Origin: Spirochaetia bacterium
GTDB lineage: Bacteria; Spirochaetota; Spirochaetia; SZUA-6; Bin103
Assembly (NCBI GenBank): GCA_965203905.1
Contig: CBDBDQ010000005.1
Location: 7,392,001-7,456,000, forward strand
DNA length: 64,000 nucleotides
Reading direction: 5' to 3'
The notes beneath the pieces were generated by a model, which searched no databases, was not told where the DNA came from, and saw nothing but the letters and a program-made list of their open reading frames with translations. Below are positions 9,854 to 24,036 of the stretch, piece by piece. Each line of letters starts with the position of its first letter. The first letter of the stretch is position 1. Made by a program: the position numbers and the translations under genes.

Positions 9854-11176
9854 TCACAGGTTGCGTGACCGGATGCGACCCTTCTTGGTCAGTCCTTCAT
9901 GGTGATGCATCCTCAGGTGCCCCTCGATCTGGCTCATGGTATCCAGGTCCACCCCGACCATGATCAGCAGCGAGGTGCCACCCATCAGAAACGCAACCGA
10001 CGACGGAAACGCGAACAGCGCCTGGATAATTGACGGGATAATCGCGATAAACGCCAGAAACAGCGCGCCGGGCAGGATGATGCGGTTGAGGATGCGGGTC
10101 AAGTATTCGCGCATGTTCTCCGAGCTGATCCCGCGAATGGAGCCGCCATTCTCGCGAATCTGGCGTGCGATCTCGACCGGATTCAGAGTCACTTGGGTGT
10201 AAAAATATGCAAAGAAAATGATCAGCAGCGCGTAGATGATCACATACGGCACCCCATTCGGATGCAGCCACGCGGCAAACCGCGACAACCAGACTTGGGT
10301 GCTGCCGAGGTTCTGGGCAATCTGCAACGGGAAGATCAGCACGGAAGAAGCGAAGATCACGGGAATGACCCCGGATGGATTGATCTTGAAGGGGAGGTAC
10401 GCGTTCTGCGCGCCATAGACGCGTCTCCCGACCACCCGTTTGGCGTAGTTGACCGGAATCTTGCGCTGGCCCTGCTGCTCGTACACGATCAGTGCGATAA
10501 CCCCGACGAACACTCCAAACACGACGATGGCGTACACCGGATTCAGATCCTGGCGCTGGATCTGGGTGATGATAATCCAAATGGCATTGGGAATTCTGGC
10601 AACGATGCCGGCAAAGATAAGCAATGAGATGCCATTGCCGATGCCACGCTGGGTAATCTGCTCGCCGACCCACATCAGGAACACGGTACCGGCGGTTACC
10701 GTGATCATGGCGATTATGGTGTACGGCACGCGCGCCATGGTAATGGCATCGGGAATCGAGTTGGCAAACTCGGTTACCGTGAAGGACTGCACCAGACACA
10801 CCACCACGGTGCCGTAACGGGTGTAGCGCTGGATGCGCTTGCGACCGCCCTCCTGCTCCGAAATCTTCTTCAACTTGGGGAACACCATCAGCAGCAACTG
10901 CATGATGATGGAGGTGGTAATGTAGGGGACGATACCAAGCATGAACACCGAGAAATTGGTGAACGCGCCTCCCGAGAAGAAATCGAAGTAATCGGTAATG
11001 CCGACGGTGCCGGAACTCTGCTGAGCGGTAAAGAAGGCGTTCAGGGCAGTCACGTTGACCCCCGGAATGGGGAGCACCGCGCCGAGCCGGAACACCAGCA
11101 GCATGGCGACCGTAAACAGAATGCGGTCGCGCAAGTCCTTGATGCGAAATATGTCGACCAGCGGGTTCGAAGCCAT
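9854..11176 (-). CDS. secY: Preprotein translocase subunit SecY
   Basis: Multi-TM protein; LGIVPYI..SII, GIGNGISLLIFAGI, GVIPVIFASS, GGTSLLIMVGV. Confidence 0.98.
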   Translation of the reverse strand: MASNPLVDIFRIKDLRDRILFTVAMLLVFRLGAVLPIPGVNVTALNAFFTAQQSSGTVGITDYFDFFSGGAFTNFSVFMLGIVPYITTSIIMQLLLMVFPKLKKISEQEGGRKRIQRYTRYGTVVVCLVQSFTVTEFANSIPDAITMARVPYTIIAMITVTAGTVFLMWVGEQITQRGIGNGISLLIFAGIVARIPNAIWIIITQIQRQDLNPVYAIVVFGVFVGVIALIVYEQQGQRKIPVNYAKRVVGRRVYGAQNAYLPFKINPSGVIPVIFASSVLIFPLQIAQNLGSTQVWLSRFAAWLHPNGVPYVIIYALLIIFFAYFYTQVTLNPVEIARQIRENGGSIRGISSENMREYLTRILNRIILPGALFLAFIAIIPSIIQALFAFPSSVAFLMGGTSLLIMVGVDLDTMSQIEGHLRMHHHEGLTKKGRIRSRNL

Positions 11177-11181
11177 TCCTG

Positions 11182-11625
11182 CTACACCAACGTCACGCTG
11201 CCGCCGGCGGCTTCGATCTTGGCGCGGGCGCTGCCCGACACCTGTGCCACCCGCACCTCCAGCGCGGTAGCGATGTCGCCCTGGCCCAGGATCTTGACCG
11301 CCTCGCTCGGCTTCCTGATGACGCCCCGCTCGGCCAACGTCTGCGCCGAAACCGTAGCGCCCGCCTCAAACCGTGTCAGAGCCTCCAGGTTGATCACCGT
11401 GTACTCCGAGCGAAACAGGCTGTTGGAAAATCCGCGCCTGGCGATGCGACGGTACAAGGGCATCTGGCCTCCCTCGAACCCAGGCCGCACGCCGCCGCCG
11501 GAGCGGGCATTCTGGCCCTTGGTGCCACGACCGGCGGTGCCGCCACGCCCGCTCCCGGCCCCGCGACCCACGACGCGCCGCGAGCGGGTGGCTCCCGCCG
11601 GCCGGCGCGGTCCGTCCGTACTCAC
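11182..11625 (-). CDS. rplO: 50S ribosomal protein L15
   Basis: GRGAGSGRGGTAGRGTKGQNARSG, FEGGQMPLYRR; GTG start overlapping rpmD stop. Confidence 0.95.
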   Translation of the reverse strand: MSTDGPRRPAGATRSRRVVGRGAGSGRGGTAGRGTKGQNARSGGGVRPGFEGGQMPLYRRIARRGFSNSLFRSEYTVINLEALTRFEAGATVSAQTLAERGVIRKPSEAVKILGQGDIATALEVRVAQVSGSARAKIEAAGGSVTLV

Positions 11626-11837
11626 GAATCCTCTCCCGCGTCGGACTCCACGGCAACCAGATACGACACCTGCGCCACCATCCCGAGGATCTCCGGGCGT
11701 GCCGACTGCCGCACGCTCTGGCCTACCCGGTGCAGGCCCAGCGCCGCCAGGGTACGCCGGTGGCGGGGCTTGCGCCCCGCGGGACTCCGTACCAGGCGGA
11801 TGCGCAGCGTCTCCGGCACCGGATCGCTCACGGTCAC
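11622..11837 (-). CDS. rpmD: 50S ribosomal protein L30
   Basis: LRIRLVRSPAG..TLAALGL..ILGMVAQVSYLV; lies between rpsE and rplO. Confidence 0.93.
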   Translation of the reverse strand: MTVSDPVPETLRIRLVRSPAGRKPRHRRTLAALGLHRVGQSVRQSARPEILGMVAQVSYLVAVESDAGEDS

Positions 11838-12355
11838 CCCCACAGCTCGCGCACCGTCTTGCCGCGGTTGGCGGCAACAGTACGGGCATCCATGATCCGT
11901 TCGAAGCCGGCGAACACCGCCTTGACGATGTTCATGGAGTTCTGTGAACCGAGAGACTTGCTCAGTACGTCGGTCACACCGGCCGCCTCCATCACCGCGC
12001 GAACCGGGCCACCGGCGATAATCCCGGTGCCCGGCGCGGCCGGCCGGAGCAGGACGTTGGAGCCCTTGAATATGCCGTTGACGGCGTGCGGCAAGGTCGA
12101 GTTGCGGCGCGGCACCTGTACCATGTTGCGACGCGCACGCTCACTGCTCTTGCGAATGGCGTCCGCAACGTAGTTGGCCTTGCCGAACCCGTAGCCTACC
12201 CGGCCCTTGCGATCGCCGACCACCACCAGGGCCGAAAAGGAAAAGCGGCGCCCACCCTTCACCACCTTGGCGATGCGGTTCAGACGCACCAGTTTCTCGA
12301 ACATATCGCTGTCGCGGCGTTCGTGGAAGCCGCGGCCACCCATCCGACTACTCAT
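11834..12355 (-). CDS. rpsE: 30S ribosomal protein S5
   Basis: KVVKGGRRFSFSALVVVGD, PAAPGTGIIAGG. Confidence 0.98.
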   Translation of the reverse strand: MSSRMGGRGFHERRDSDMFEKLVRLNRIAKVVKGGRRFSFSALVVVGDRKGRVGYGFGKANYVADAIRKSSERARRNMVQVPRRNSTLPHAVNGIFKGSNVLLRPAAPGTGIIAGGPVRAVMEAAGVTDVLSKSLGSQNSMNIVKAVFAGFERIMDARTVAANRGKTVRELWG

Positions 12356-12377
12356 GGTCTGTTGTTCCAGCCTGGAA

Positions 12378-12758
12378 TCATAACGTTATTCCCGCCTTGC
12401 GTACGGCGTCCGCCAACGAGCGTACGATGCCGTGGTAGGCGTATCCATTGCGATCAAACACCACCCCGGTGATCTGCCGCTCGCGCAGGCGCTCTCCGAC
12501 CGCCGCGCCGAGACGAGCCGCTCCGGCAACCGAGTTGTCGATGTCGCGCAACGCGCGCTCGCGGTTGGAAGCCGCCAACAGGGTATGGCCGCGGAGGTCG
12601 TCTACGACTTGGACGTAGGTATAGCGATTGCTCTTGTACACCGTAAGCCGCGGCCGTTCCGCGGTGCCGCGAACCCGCTGCCGGATACGCAGCTTGCGCC
12701 GCAGCCAACGCCGGCGCTTGGCCTGCGCCGCGCTGCGGCCCGTTGCGCCACGGCTCAT
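12378..12758 (-). CDS. rplR: 50S ribosomal protein L18
   Basis: GTAERPRL.VYKSN, VFDRNGYAYHG. Confidence 0.97.
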   Translation of the reverse strand: MSRGATGRSAAQAKRRRWLRRKLRIRQRVRGTAERPRLTVYKSNRYTYVQVVDDLRGHTLLAASNRERALRDIDNSVAGAARLGAAVGERLRERQITGVVFDRNGYAYHGIVRSLADAVRKAGITL

Positions 12759-13300
12759 GCGCCAACCACCATCGCCTTGCCCGCCTTGCGGCGCACGTGC
12801 TCGTTCTGGTATCTCACACCCTTTCCCTTGTAGGGCTCAGGCGGGCGGAAGGCGCGGATCTCGGCCGCCACCTGCCCCACGGCCTGACGGTCGGCTCCGG
12901 AAACCGCGATCCGATTACCACCTTCCACTTCGATGGTGATCCCCTCGCGAAACGGGTAGCTGACAGGATTCGAGTAGCCAAGGTTGAGCACCAGCGTAGT
13001 GCCCTGGACCTCGGCCCGGTAGCCAACCCCGTTGATCTCCAGCACCTTGCGGAACCCGGTGGACACGCCGGTCACCATGTTCCAGATCAGCTTGCGATAC
13101 AGACCGTGCAACGCCTTGGTGCGCTTGGCCTCATCGCCGCGGGTAACGGTGATTCGATCCTGCTCCATACTCACACTGATATTGCCGCTGGTCTGCAGAT
13201 CCAGGGCGCCTTTCGGCCCCTTGGCAGCGACGCTGTTGCCGGTGATGGTGACCGACACGCCCTGCGGCACGGTCACCGGCACCACCCCTATTCGCGACAC
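12755..13300 (-). CDS. rplF: 50S ribosomal protein L6
   Basis: SRIG, GPKG, GVGYRA, RPPEPYKGKGVRY. Confidence 0.98.
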   Translation of the reverse strand: MSRIGVVPVTVPQGVSVTITGNSVAAKGPKGALDLQTSGNISVSMEQDRITVTRGDEAKRTKALHGLYRKLIWNMVTGVSTGFRKVLEINGVGYRAEVQGTTLVLNLGYSNPVSYPFREGITIEVEGGNRIAVSGADRQAVGQVAAEIRAFRPPEPYKGKGVRYQNEHVRRKAGKAMVVGA

Positions 13301-13304
13301 AGGC

Positions 13305-13703
13305 CTACCATACCTTGCAGATCAGCTCGCCACCGGACTGGCGCTCCCGCGCCTTGCGCCCGGTGGTGACTCCGGAAGAGGTCGACACTACCAGCGTGCC
13401 GTAGCCGTTCAACACCCGTGGCATGGAGCGGTACCCGGAGTAGACCCGGCGGCCGGGCTTGGAAATCCGCTCGATCCCCTGAATGATCGGTTGCAGCTGC
13501 CCGTCGTACTTGAGAAACACGCAGATGCTGGTGTGCCCGTCCACGTTGATCTTCTTGAAGTTCTTGATGTAGCCCTCGATCTTGAGAATCTTGATGATCT
13601 CCAACTTGATCTGAGACGGCCGGATGTTGACACTCTCGTGCCCCGCTGCACTCGCATTCTTGATCTTCGCGAGCATATCGGAAATGGGATCGGTAACAGC
13701 CAT
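13305..13703 (-). CDS. rpsH: 30S ribosomal protein S8
   Basis: [28 protein letters not shown]. Confidence 0.98.
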   Translation of the reverse strand: MAVTDPISDMLAKIKNASAAGHESVNIRPSQIKLEIIKILKIEGYIKNFKKINVDGHTSICVFLKYDGQLQPIIQGIERISKPGRRVYSGYRSMPRVLNGYGTLVVSTSSGVTTGRKARERQSGGELICKVW

Positions 13704-13714
13704 CGGTGCCCTCG

Positions 13715-13900
13715 CTACCAACTCGACTTCGTAACGCCGGGGATTTTTCCGGTGCTGGCGAGGTCGCGGAAACAGATTCGGCAGAGCTCGAATTTACGCA
13801 TATAACCACGCGCGCGACCACACAACCGACATCGATTTACGGCGCGCACCTTGTACTTGGGCTTGCGCTGGGCCTTGACGATGAGAGACTTGCGCGCCAT
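13715..13900 (-). CDS. rpsN: 30S ribosomal protein S14, type Z (61 aa, Zn-binding)
   Basis: [23 protein letters not shown]. Confidence 0.97.
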   Translation of the reverse strand: MARKSLIVKAQRKPKYKVRAVNRCRLCGRARGYMRKFELCRICFRDLASTGKIPGVTKSSW

Positions 13901-14505
13901 CAGTTGGCCTCCGGACGTTGAAATGGCATGCCCAGGGCAGCCAGCAGGCTACGGGCCTCGCGATCGGTCGGAGCCGTGGTGACGATGGCGATGTTGAGCC
14001 CGGAGATCCGCTCCACCTTGTCGTAGTCGATTTCCGGAAAGATGGTCTGGTCGTCCACTCCCATGGCGTAGTTGCCATGCCCATCGAACGCATTGATGCT
14101 GCAGCCGCGGAAGTCCTTGATGCGCGGAATGGCCACGTTCACCAGGCGGTCCAGGAACTCGTACATGTGATTGCCGCGGAGCGTGACCATCGCGCCGATC
14201 TCCATGCCCTGTCGAATCTTGAACGCGGCGATTGACTTCCGTGCCTTGGTGCGCACCGCACGCAACCCGGTTATCTGGGTAAGCTCCGCCGCCGCGGTAT
14301 CCAGCAGCTTCTTGGTGTTCACGGCCTCGCCCACCCCGGCGCTCAGCACGATCTTCTCCAGCCTCGGAGTCTGCATCGGCGACTGGTAGCTGAACTCCTC
14401 GCGCAACGCCTGCGCCACCTGGGCACGGTAGCGCGCCTTGAGCCGTGGGGTGTAGCCGGCGGGGACGCTCGGCGCGGTCTGCTTCTTCTTGCTCTTCTTG
14501 CTCAC
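13900..14505 (-). CDS. rplE: 50S ribosomal protein L5
   Basis: [45 protein letters not shown]; GTG start overlapping rplX stop. Confidence 0.97.
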   Translation of the reverse strand: MSKKSKKKQTAPSVPAGYTPRLKARYRAQVAQALREEFSYQSPMQTPRLEKIVLSAGVGEAVNTKKLLDTAAAELTQITGLRAVRTKARKSIAAFKIRQGMEIGAMVTLRGNHMYEFLDRLVNVAIPRIKDFRGCSINAFDGHGNYAMGVDDQTIFPEIDYDKVERISGLNIAIVTTAPTDREARSLLAALGMPFQRPEAN

Positions 14506-14822
14506 AACGACTCTCCGCACTTGCGGCAGACGCGTACCTTCTCCGCGTTGCGCATCTCGTAGCCGATACGGGTGATGCCGCAGCGCCGGCACACGATCAT
14601 CACGCTCGCCCAGCTCACGCTCGCCTCCACATCCGTGAGGCCGCCCTGCTGCGGCTGGTTGGGATTCTTGGACCGCACCGCCTTTTTCACCATGTTGGCA
14701 CCTTCCACCCACACCCGTTGGCGCTTGCGATCCAGGCGCAGCACCCGACCCTCGCGGCCGCGCGAGCGCCCGCTCACGATGCGCACCTGGTCACCGGTCT
14801 TGAGCTTGCCGCCGACTGCCAT
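14502..14822 (-). CDS. rplX: 50S ribosomal protein L24
   Basis: [21 protein letters not shown]-terminal CxxC..CxxC. Confidence 0.96.
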   Translation of the reverse strand: MAVGGKLKTGDQVRIVSGRSRGREGRVLRLDRKRQRVWVEGANMVKKAVRSKNPNQPQQGGLTDVEASVSWASVMIVCRRCGITRIGYEMRNAEKVRVCRKCGESL

Positions 14823-14823
14823 C

Positions 14824-15192
14824 CTACAACACCTCCGGAGCGAGCGACACAATCTTCATGTAGTCACGCTCGCGCAACTCGCGGGCTACCGGACCGAAGA
14901 TACGTTTTCCGGCCGGGTTACCGGCGGGGTCCACCAGCACGCACGCGTTGTCGTCGAAACGAATGTAGGTACCGTCGCCCCGCTTCAGCTCCTTCCGGGT
15001 GCGCACCACCACGGCGCGGCTCATCGAGCCCTTCTTGATCGCGCCGCCCGGCAGAGCAACCTTCACCGCCACCACCACCGTATCGCCAACCGAAGCGGAG
15101 CGGCGCCGTGACCCACCGAGGATCTTGATGCACTGTACCCGCTTGGCTCCGCTGTTGTCCGCGACGTTGAGATAGCTCATCATCTGAATCAT
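14824..15192 (-). CDS. rplN: 50S ribosomal protein L14
   Basis: [31 protein letters not shown]. Confidence 0.98.
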   Translation of the reverse strand: MIQMMSYLNVADNSGAKRVQCIKILGGSRRRSASVGDTVVVAVKVALPGGAIKKGSMSRAVVVRTRKELKRGDGTYIRFDDNACVLVDPAGNPAGKRIFGPVARELRERDYMKIVSLAPEVL

Positions 15193-15216
15193 GATCGTCC
15201 CGCCCCGACAGCGTCC

Positions 15217-15786
15217 CTAGCCGGCCCGCTTGACAATTTCGACCAGCCGCCAGCGCTTCTCTCTGCTCAGAGGACGGCTCTCCACCACCCGCACCAGATC
15301 GCCGACCTGACAAACGTTGTCCGGGTCGTGAGCCTTCAGCTTCTTGGTCAAGGTGATGTACTTCTTGTAGAGGCGGTGTTTCTTGCGGCGGGAAATGCTC
15401 ACCACGATAGTGCGCTCGCCCTTGTCGCTGACCACGTTGCCGGTGAGCGTCCGTTTGCGCCGCGGTCGGGAAACGGGCCCGGGCTCGTCATCCGGGGCTT
15501 CCGCCGCGCCTTCGACGGCTACGGGGACAGCGGCCGGCTCGGCGTCAGCCTCCGGCTCGGCCGCCGCTTCCACGACGGAAGCGTCCGCTGCGGCGGCATC
15601 CGTAGCGGCCGGTGCCGCCGCCTCCACTTCGGCGCTCGCTACTGCGTCGGCCGCGGCCTCCTCTGCCTGGTCGGGTGCTGCCGCTTCGACCGGGGCATCC
15701 GCTGCGCCGGGATCGACCGGAACCGGCTGCGCGCCCTCGGCGGCATCACCCTGCGACTGCTCGGGGACGTCTAACCCTCTTTCCAT
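15217..15786 (-). CDS. rpsQ: 30S ribosomal protein S17 with about 105-aa acidic N-terminal extension
   Basis: C-terminal GNVVSDK..TIVV, KAHDPDN, GDLVRVVESRPLS.EKRWRL; ATG 1 nt after rpmC stop with GAGGAG SD. Confidence 0.95.
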   Translation of the reverse strand: MERGLDVPEQSQGDAAEGAQPVPVDPGAADAPVEAAAPDQAEEAAADAVASAEVEAAAPAATDAAAADASVVEAAAEPEADAEPAAVPVAVEGAAEAPDDEPGPVSRPRRKRTLTGNVVSDKGERTIVVSISRRKKHRLYKKYITLTKKLKAHDPDNVCQVGDLVRVVESRPLSREKRWRLVEIVKRAG

Positions 15787-15787
15787 G

Positions 15788-16033
15788 TCACTCCTCGGCC
15801 TCAGCCTGGTCAGCGCCGGCCGCCGGGATGGCCTGAGGCTGCCGGATCTTCAGATCGTACTCGTGCACGATGGTATTCAAACGCGCCAGTTTACGTCTCA
15901 AAGTGCGTAGCTGCAAGGGGTTGTCCACGTGCCCCACCACCAGGTTGAAACGCACGTCACGATACTGCTTGCGCAACTCGTCACGCCGCAGCAGCAACTC
16001 GCCGTAGGCGAGGTCGTTGAACGATTCCTTCAT
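15788..16033 (-). CDS. rpmC: 50S ribosomal protein L29
   Basis: [25 protein letters not shown]; ATG 16033; between rplP and rpsQ. Confidence 0.93.
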   Translation of the reverse strand: MKESFNDLAYGELLLRRDELRKQYRDVRFNLVVGHVDNPLQLRTLRRKLARLNTIVHEYDLKIRQPQAIPAAGADQAEAEE

Positions 16034-16041
16034 CTGCTCCG

Positions 16042-16461
16042 CTACTCTTCCAGGTTGCGCCGCACCAGCAGCTTGGTCTTGATAGGCAGCTTGCTGCCCG
16101 CCAAGGCGATCGCTTCGCTGGCCGCCTCTCGTGGCACGCCCGCCAGCTCGAACAGCACCGTGCCCGGCTTCACCGGGGCCACCCAGTACTCGGGCGCACC
16201 CTTGCCCTTGCCCATCCTGGTTTCCGCCGGCTTCTTGGTGTAAGGCTTGTCGGGGAAAATCCGGATCCACACCTTGCCGCCGCGCCGGATGTGACGGGTC
16301 ATCGCGATTCGGGCAGCTTCGATCTGGCGATTGGTGATCAGTTTGGGCTCCAGCGCCATGAGTCCGTAGTCGCCGAACGAAACCTCGTTCTTGCGCGTGG
16401 CGTTGCCCCGGATCCGGCCGCGCTGTCGCTTCCGGAACTTCTCTCGTTTGGGACTGAGCAT
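16042..16461 (-). CDS. rplP: 50S ribosomal protein L16
   Basis: MLSPKR.KFRK, QIEAAR, RMGKGKG. Confidence 0.98.
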   Translation of the reverse strand: MLSPKREKFRKRQRGRIRGNATRKNEVSFGDYGLMALEPKLITNRQIEAARIAMTRHIRRGGKVWIRIFPDKPYTKKPAETRMGKGKGAPEYWVAPVKPGTVLFELAGVPREAASEAIALAGSKLPIKTKLLVRRNLEE

Positions 16462-16466
16462 GATCG

Positions 16467-17165
16467 CTACAACCGGCCGCCGCGGCCGCGCTGGCGGCGC
16501 AACAGCTGCCCGGCATCCTCCTTGGTCTCACGTCCGAACAGCTCACCGTTGAAGACCCAGACCTTGACGCCGATGGTACCCATCGCGGTCAACGACTCCG
16601 CGAAGCCGTAGTCGATGTCGGCACGGAACGTGTGCAGCGGGATGCGTCCCTCCTTGCGCTGCTCGCTACGCGACATCTCGGAGCCACCGAGCCGGCCGCC
16701 GATCTTGATCTTGATGCCCTGCACCCCGGCTCGCATCGCATTCTGCACCGCCATGTTGAGCGAGCGGCGGAACGAGGCCTTGGTACGCAGCTGGCGCGCG
16801 ACGTTCATGGCGATCAGCTGCGCGTTCACCTCGGGGCGGTGTATCTCCTTGATCTTGATCTGGATCTTCTTGCCGACCAGCTTCTGCAGCTTGCTGCCGA
16901 GACGCTCGATGTTGGCGCCCTTGGCCCCGATCACCACGCCCGGCCGCCCGGTGTGGATGATGATCGTGATCCGCTGCGGATGACGAATGATCTCCACGTC
17001 CGAGATGTCCGCCCCGCGGGTGTCCGGCGAGTGCTCGATTACCCGGCGCAACGCCAGATCTTCATGCAGCGTCTTGGCATAGTCTCGAGGATCCACGTAC
17101 CACTTCGACTTCCAGGTGCGGTTGATCCCCAGTCGCATGCCGATGGGGTTTATCTTCTGGCCCAT
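16467..17165 (-). CDS. rpsC: 30S ribosomal protein S3
   Basis: [38 protein letters not shown]. Confidence 0.98.
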   Translation of the reverse strand: MGQKINPIGMRLGINRTWKSKWYVDPRDYAKTLHEDLALRRVIEHSPDTRGADISDVEIIRHPQRITIIIHTGRPGVVIGAKGANIERLGSKLQKLVGKKIQIKIKEIHRPEVNAQLIAMNVARQLRTKASFRRSLNMAVQNAMRAGVQGIKIKIGGRLGGSEMSRSEQRKEGRIPLHTFRADIDYGFAESLTAMGTIGVKVWVFNGELFGRETKEDAGQLLRRQRGRGGRL

Positions 17166-17181
17166 CGCGATCTCCTCGTCA

Positions 17182-17547
17182 TCACTCCTCGTCCCCGTCC
17201 AATTGTGCGACCGCCACCACGATGTGGCACATCCGCTTCAGCAAGCGGTCGGCACGGCCCCGCCCACGTACCCAGATGCGTTTCATGCGCGGCGCGTCAT
17301 TCACCTCCACGTGGCTGACGTAGAGCGTCTCCTCATCCAGGTTCTCGTTCTGAACCAGCGCGTTGTCGGCCGCCGACTTGACCACCTTGCGCAGCAACTT
17401 CGCGCCCTTGTGGGGCAGCGCATCCAGCAGTGCCAGCGCCTCCACGTAGGGCTTGCGGCGCACCGAGTCGGCCAGCGGGCGTACCTTGCGCGGTGAAATG
17501 CGCAGGTAGCGGGCGCTCGCGGTATGCCCCTTGGCGGCGCTGATCAC
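17182..17547 (-). CDS. rplV: 50S ribosomal protein L22
   Basis: [24 protein letters not shown]. Confidence 0.97.
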   Translation of the reverse strand: MISAAKGHTASARYLRISPRKVRPLADSVRRKPYVEALALLDALPHKGAKLLRKVVKSAADNALVQNENLDEETLYVSHVEVNDAPRMKRIWVRGRGRADRLLKRMCHIVVAVAQLDGDEE

Positions 17548-17825
17548 CGGCGTACCGCCTTGCGGTCGGACCCGGCATGGCCGCGGAACACGCGCGTCGG
17601 AGCAAACTCGCCCAGTTTGTGGCCGACCAGATTCTCAGTGACGTAGACCGGAATCCAGGTCTTGCCATTGTAGACCGAGATCGTCAGCCCCACCATCTCC
17701 GGAATGATCGTGGAAGTGCGCGAATAGGTCCGAATCATGCGCTTCTCGCCGCTCCGGTTGAGCTCCAGGATCCGCTGGTACAGCTTGCGCGCGATGAACG
17801 GCCCCTTCTTGATCGATCGTGCCAT
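17544..17825 (-). CDS. rpsS: 30S ribosomal protein S19
   Basis: [20 protein letters not shown]. Confidence 0.98.
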   Translation of the reverse strand: MARSIKKGPFIARKLYQRILELNRSGEKRMIRTYSRTSTIIPEMVGLTISVYNGKTWIPVYVTENLVGHKLGEFAPTRVFRGHAGSDRKAVRR

Positions 17826-17831
17826 ACGCGA

Positions 17832-18665
17832 CTACTTCCTTCCCTTGCGCCGCGTCACGATGAACGCATCCGAAGCCTTGCGGCGGCGCCGCGTCTTGGC
17901 TCCCTTGGTCGGTTTGCCCCAGGCGGACACCGGGTGGCGTCCACCCGAACTCTTGCCCTCGCCGCCGCCGTGCGGGTGATCCACGGGATTCATCGCCACG
18001 CCACGCACCTTGGGGCGGTGTCCAAGCCAGCGCGCGCGTCCGGCCTTGCCGAGCGAGGTGTTCATGTGATCCTGATTGCCCACCTCGCCGATCGACGCCA
18101 TGCACTCGTGAAACACCATCCGCACCTCACCCGACGGCAGCCGCAGGGTTACGTAGTCGCCCTCCTTGGCGACCAGGGTGGCACGCCCCCCCGCGGCGCG
18201 TGCGAGCTGCCCGCCACGGCCCAGGGCGAGCTCCACGTTGTGAACCGTCATGCCGAGAGGAATCTCTTTCAAAGGCAGCGCGTTACCCACCTCGATTGCC
18301 GCCTTGGGACCGCTCATCACGGCGCCTCCCACGGTCAGGCCGCGCGGCGCCAGCATGTAACGCTTTTCGCCGTCCGCGTAGCACACCAGCGCCAGGTTGG
18401 CGGAGCGATTGGGGTCGTAGCCCACCGCCACGACGGTGCCCGGCACCCCCAGCTTGTCACGCCGGAAGTCGACCACCCGGTAGCGGCGCTTGTGGCGGCC
18501 ACCGCGCCGGCGCACGCTGATGCGCCCGCCGGCCCCTCGGCCCGCACGGTTTCCCAGCGGCCCCAGCAGAGCCTTGACGTCGGCATCTCCCTGCAGTTCG
18601 GCGAAGTCGGAACCGGTGGCGAAGCGACTGCCGGGAGTGATCGGCTTGCTCTTCTTCAGCGGCAC
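17832..18665 (-). CDS. rplB: 50S ribosomal protein L2
   Basis: [24 protein letters not shown]. Confidence 0.98.
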   Translation of the reverse strand: MPLKKSKPITPGSRFATGSDFAELQGDADVKALLGPLGNRAGRGAGGRISVRRRGGRHKRRYRVVDFRRDKLGVPGTVVAVGYDPNRSANLALVCYADGEKRYMLAPRGLTVGGAVMSGPKAAIEVGNALPLKEIPLGMTVHNVELALGRGGQLARAAGGRATLVAKEGDYVTLRLPSGEVRMVFHECMASIGEVGNQDHMNTSLGKAGRARWLGHRPKVRGVAMNPVDHPHGGGEGKSSGGRHPVSAWGKPTKGAKTRRRRKASDAFIVTRRKGRK

Positions 18666-18708
18666 TTGAGATTCCCCGGCGGTTCCGCACCACGAATTTC
18701 GGTCACGG

Positions 18709-18990
18709 TCAGGCTCCCTCGAAAATCTGAATGCTCTCGCCCGGCGGCAGCGTGATGATCGCCTTCTTCCAACTCGAACGATGCCCGGCGCGATAGCGCA
18801 GACGCTTCGGTTTGCGCGCCACGTTGATGATGTTGCACTTTATCGGATGGACATCGAACGCCGCCCGCACCGCCGCAACAATCTGCATCTTGTTGGCACG
18901 GGCATCCACCCGGAAGGCGTACTTGCGCGCGCCGCGCTGCTCGTTGGTCTTCTCGGTGACCACCGGTGCGATCAGGACATCGGATCTCAT
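18709..18990 (-). CDS. rplW: 50S ribosomal protein L23
   Basis: [23 protein letters not shown]; ATG 18990. Confidence 0.96.
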   Translation of the reverse strand: MRSDVLIAPVVTEKTNEQRGARKYAFRVDARANKMQIVAAVRAAFDVHPIKCNIINVARKPKRLRYRAGHRSSWKKAIITLPPGESIQIFEGA

Positions 18991-19658
18991 GTGTCCTCCC
19001 CGGCAGCCACGGCCGCCGCCGGCTCGACCGCGGCGGCGCCGCTCAGCAGCACCGCGAGCTTGTCGGCCACCTCCGGCGACATCAGGATCCGCTCGCTGTA
19101 GTACAGATCGTGCGCGCTCACCGTGTCGTAGGCGCGCAGCCGCAACCACGGAATGTTGCGGCCCGCCCGGAGCAGCGACTCACCGGCGCCGCTCAGCAGC
19201 CACACGCTGCGCTCGCCACCGGTGATCGGCTGGAGCTGCCGTACCAACTCCTTGGTCTTGCCGCTCTCCACGGTGACGCCGTCCACCACCGTTACGCGCG
19301 CTTCGCGCACTTTCAGGGTGAGGATCGAGCACATCGCCCGGCGCTTGGCCTTGCGCGGAATCCGATAGCGGTAACTGCGTGGGCTGGGGCCGAAGATAAC
19401 CCCGCCGCCGGTCCACAACGGAGACTTGACGTCGCCGGCACGGGCCCGGCCGGTACCCTTCTGGCGCCACGGCTTGCGCCCGGTTCCGCGCACCTGGCTG
19501 CGGCTCTTGGTGGCGGCGGTTCCGACCCGGCGATTGGCGAGCTCGTTGCGTATGGCGTGATAGATGGCGCCCTCGCTCACCTCCACGCCGAAGATATCGT
19601 CGGCGAGCTCCAGCTCGCCGCGCGGCTGGCCGTCGGCACCGATTATCTGCGTCTTCAT
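18987..19658 (-). CDS. rplD: 50S ribosomal protein L4
   Basis: [24 protein letters not shown]; ATG 19658. Confidence 0.97.
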   Translation of the reverse strand: MKTQIIGADGQPRGELELADDIFGVEVSEGAIYHAIRNELANRRVGTAATKSRSQVRGTGRKPWRQKGTGRARAGDVKSPLWTGGGVIFGPSPRSYRYRIPRKAKRRAMCSILTLKVREARVTVVDGVTVESGKTKELVRQLQPITGGERSVWLLSGAGESLLRAGRNIPWLRLRAYDTVSAHDLYYSERILMSPEVADKLAVLLSGAAAVEPAAAVAAGEDT

Positions 19659-20329
19659 GACCCGGTCTCGTTGCCAACCCCTGCCGCCAGGGTTACCGCG
19701 CGCGCGGCGCCGTTCTTCTTGGCGGAGGTCACCAGCACGGTACCGCCACGGCGCCCCGGGCACGGCCCGCCGACCAGCAGCAGGCGCCGCGTGGGGTCGA
19801 TCCCATACAGGCGCAGGTTGTGTACCGTGGCGCTGATGCCGCCCATACGACCGGGCATGCGTTTTCCCTTCAACACCTTGGACGGCGTCGCGGACTGCCC
19901 GGTCGAGCCGGGTGCGCGGTGAAACTTGGAGCCGTGCGTCTTGCGCCCGCCATGGAAGCCGTGGCGCTTCATGACCCCCTGGAAGCCCTTGCCCTTCGAG
20001 GTGCCGCGCACGTCCACGACGGTGTCTCCGGCAAACAGCTCCACGCCGATGGTGGTCCCGAGCTCCGGGCTGGAAGCGAAGTCGCGCACCTCCACGAGGT
20101 GGCGAACCGCTTCCACTCCGTTCCCGAACTGCCCGCCATAGGGCTTGGTAACGCGCTTGGAGGGCATCTTGCCGGCTCCGAGAACCACCGCGGAATAGCC
20201 ATCGCGTTCGGCGGTACGATGTCCCACCACCACGTTCGGCTCTACTTCGATCAGGGTCGCCGGAAGCAATGAGCCATCCTCGGCAAAGAGCTGGGTCATT
20301 CCCACCTTGCGCCCGATCAGCGCCTTCAT
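19655..20329 (-). CDS. rplC: 50S ribosomal protein L3
   Basis: [33 protein letters not shown]. Confidence 0.98.
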   Translation of the reverse strand: MKALIGRKVGMTQLFAEDGSLLPATLIEVEPNVVVGHRTAERDGYSAVVLGAGKMPSKRVTKPYGGQFGNGVEAVRHLVEVRDFASSPELGTTIGVELFAGDTVVDVRGTSKGKGFQGVMKRHGFHGGRKTHGSKFHRAPGSTGQSATPSKVLKGKRMPGRMGGISATVHNLRLYGIDPTRRLLLVGGPCPGRRGGTVLVTSAKKNGAARAVTLAAGVGNETGS

Positions 20330-20634
20330 TGCTTGATCTCCACGTCCACTCCGGCGGGCAACTCCAGCTTCATCAGCGCGTCCATCACCGCCGAGGTGGG
20401 CTCGATGATGTCGATGAGGCGCTTGTGGGTACGCATCTCGAACTGCTCGCGCGACTTCTTGTTGACGTGCGGCGAACGCAGCACGGTGTAACGGTTGGTG
20501 CGCGTGGGCAACGGAATCGGGCCGGCAACCTGCGATCCGGCCTTTTGCACCGTCTGCACAATCGCCTTGGAACTCTGGTCTATCAGCTCCACGTCGAAGC
20601 CGCGCAGACGCACGCGTATACGGTCAACTGCCAT
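20326..20634 (-). CDS. rpsJ: 30S ribosomal protein S10
   Basis: [28 protein letters not shown]. Confidence 0.98.
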   Translation of the reverse strand: MAVDRIRVRLRGFDVELIDQSSKAIVQTVQKAGSQVAGPIPLPTRTNRYTVLRSPHVNKKSREQFEMRTHKRLIDIIEPTSAVMDALMKLELPAGVDVEIKQ

Positions 20635-20661
20635 GACGGTGCTTTCTCAATCCCCCGGCCG

Positions 20662-21876
<1,215 letters not shown>

Positions 21877-21921
21877 CTGCTAATCCTCCTGCTTTCCGTT
21901 TGGCCGTAATTGCTTCATCGT

Positions 21922-24015
<2,094 letters not shown>

Positions 24016-24036
24016 TGCTCGTGCTTTGCTCTCGGT

